Origin: Sedimentisphaerales bacterium | GTDB lineage: Bacteria; Planctomycetota; Phycisphaerae; Sedimentisphaerales; Anaerobacaceae | Reading direction: 5' to 3' | Length of the DNA stretch: 64,000 nt | NCBI GenBank assembly: GCA_963708075.1 | Contig: OY970194.1 | Location: forward strand, 2,464,001-2,528,000 | Shown: piece after piece, positions 62,859 through 64,000 of the stretch | How positions within the stretch are numbered: the first letter of the stretch is position 1 | Layout: the number at the start of each line of letters is the position of its first letter | Notes under the pieces: generated by a model | What the model saw: only the letters and a program-made list of their open reading frames with translations | Database searches by the model: none | What the model was told of the DNA's origin: nothing | Translations under genes and position numbers: made by a program

Positions 62859-63456
62859 TGACCATGGCCTCCAAAATCTCTCTTAGATTGCTCCTGGCGC
62901 GGCTGAGCCTGCTCCGAACGGTCCCGAGCTCGATATTGAGGACGTCGGCAATCTCCGTGTAATTCATGCCCTCAATATCGCGCAGGACGACAACGGCCCT
63001 TTGGGGCTCTTCGAGTTTCAACAGCGCGTCCATAGCCAGGTCGCAAAGCTCTCGGTTCTGCGCCACCATCGCCGGATCGACCGCACGGTCGTCACTCAGG
63101 ACATCCCTGAGCAACTGGTCGGCCGTCCCATCAGACTCCATATTTTCGGCATCCAGCGACCGCGTCGCCGTGCGCGCGTGCCGCTGGCAGTAGTTCAAGG
63201 TCAGATTCACAGCGATCCTGAACAGCCAGGTGTAAAAGCTGCTCCGACCCTTGAACTTCTCTATGCTCTCAATGACTTTGACAAAGGTCTCCTGGGTTAG
63301 TTCCGCAGCATCGTCCGAGTTTCCGCACATTTTGAGCACGACGTTGAAAATGCGGTTTTGGTACTTGATGATCAGCCGCTCCATGGCCATGACGTCGCCG
63401 CCTTGCGACTGCCGGACCAGAACGGAATCATCAATATTTATACTTGCTGCTCTCAA
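62836..63456 (-). CDS. ECF sigma factor, RpoE-like (start uncertain)
   Basis: DAAELTQETF, SSFYTWLFRIAVN, LRDIEGMNYTEIA, GTVRSRLSRAR. Confidence 0.93.
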   Translation of the reverse strand: MRAASINIDDSVLVRQSQGGDVMAMERLIIKYQNRIFNVVLKMCGNSDDAAELTQETFVKVIESIEKFKGRSSFYTWLFRIAVNLTLNYCQRHARTATRSLDAENMESDGTADQLLRDVLSDDRAVDPAMVAQNRELCDLAMDALLKLEEPQRAVVVLRDIEGMNYTEIADVLNIELGTVRSRLSRARSNLREILEAMVNEGESKH

Positions 63457-63853
63457 GTACACCTTTTCCCTCGCGTACGAGCCTTTCCACAAACAGACCA
63501 CCCTTGCGACCGCAAAACCGCCGGCGACGGGGGTGCAACATCATCGCAAATTCGCCCGCCCCGGTCAACCGAATTCGCCCGCAGACCGATAATCCGTGCG
63601 GGTTCCGTACACCCCGAAGCAATGCCGGACCCCATTCACAGGAGAACCATCGGCAACTTGCCCCCGCCGCCTGTACACTTGCCCGGGAAATCGTCATTCG
63701 CCCATGAACTGCATACCCACTCCGTCCATCACCTTTCATCGTATCGAGGTGGAAGAGATACCGTCACAAGAGAGAGTGAGGCCGCACGTGCAGCAAGGGA
63801 ATTGCAGGAGATGCCATGAACTTGACTTGCCCGTTTGGGCTTGATTGCAGGGG

Positions 63854-64000
<147 letters not shown>

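Overview
GC-rich bacterial chromosomal window, most likely from a planctomycete. This is inferred from the groEL-groES-groEL-dnaJ-grpE-fmdB gene order, membrane-fused ECF sigma factors and discoidin/LamG modular secreted proteins resembling Phycisphaerae/Sedimentisphaerales. Housekeeping genes (ribBA, pdxJ, dapA, dnaA, ftsY, pfk, avtA, addBA, arfB, chaperones, 3' end of pheS) alternate with accessory genes (ECF/LRR cluster, HNH plus toxin-antitoxin island, PepSY plus two-component module, GH29/GH30 hydrolases). No rRNA, tRNA, CRISPR-Cas or transposase was recognised. Five otherwise intact genes each have one frameshift, probably from assembly indels. The most unusual feature is at 44485-45768: a hypothetical gene whose 3' half is an array of seven 16-bp direct repeats (TTGGCTTTGTTTCGCA). 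The spacers hold pieces of several short repeat classes (REP-like hairpins, heptamer tandem repeats), some also found elsewhere in the window, including a palindromic doublet inside the addA coding region. Family assignments come from recognised motifs, not database searches.
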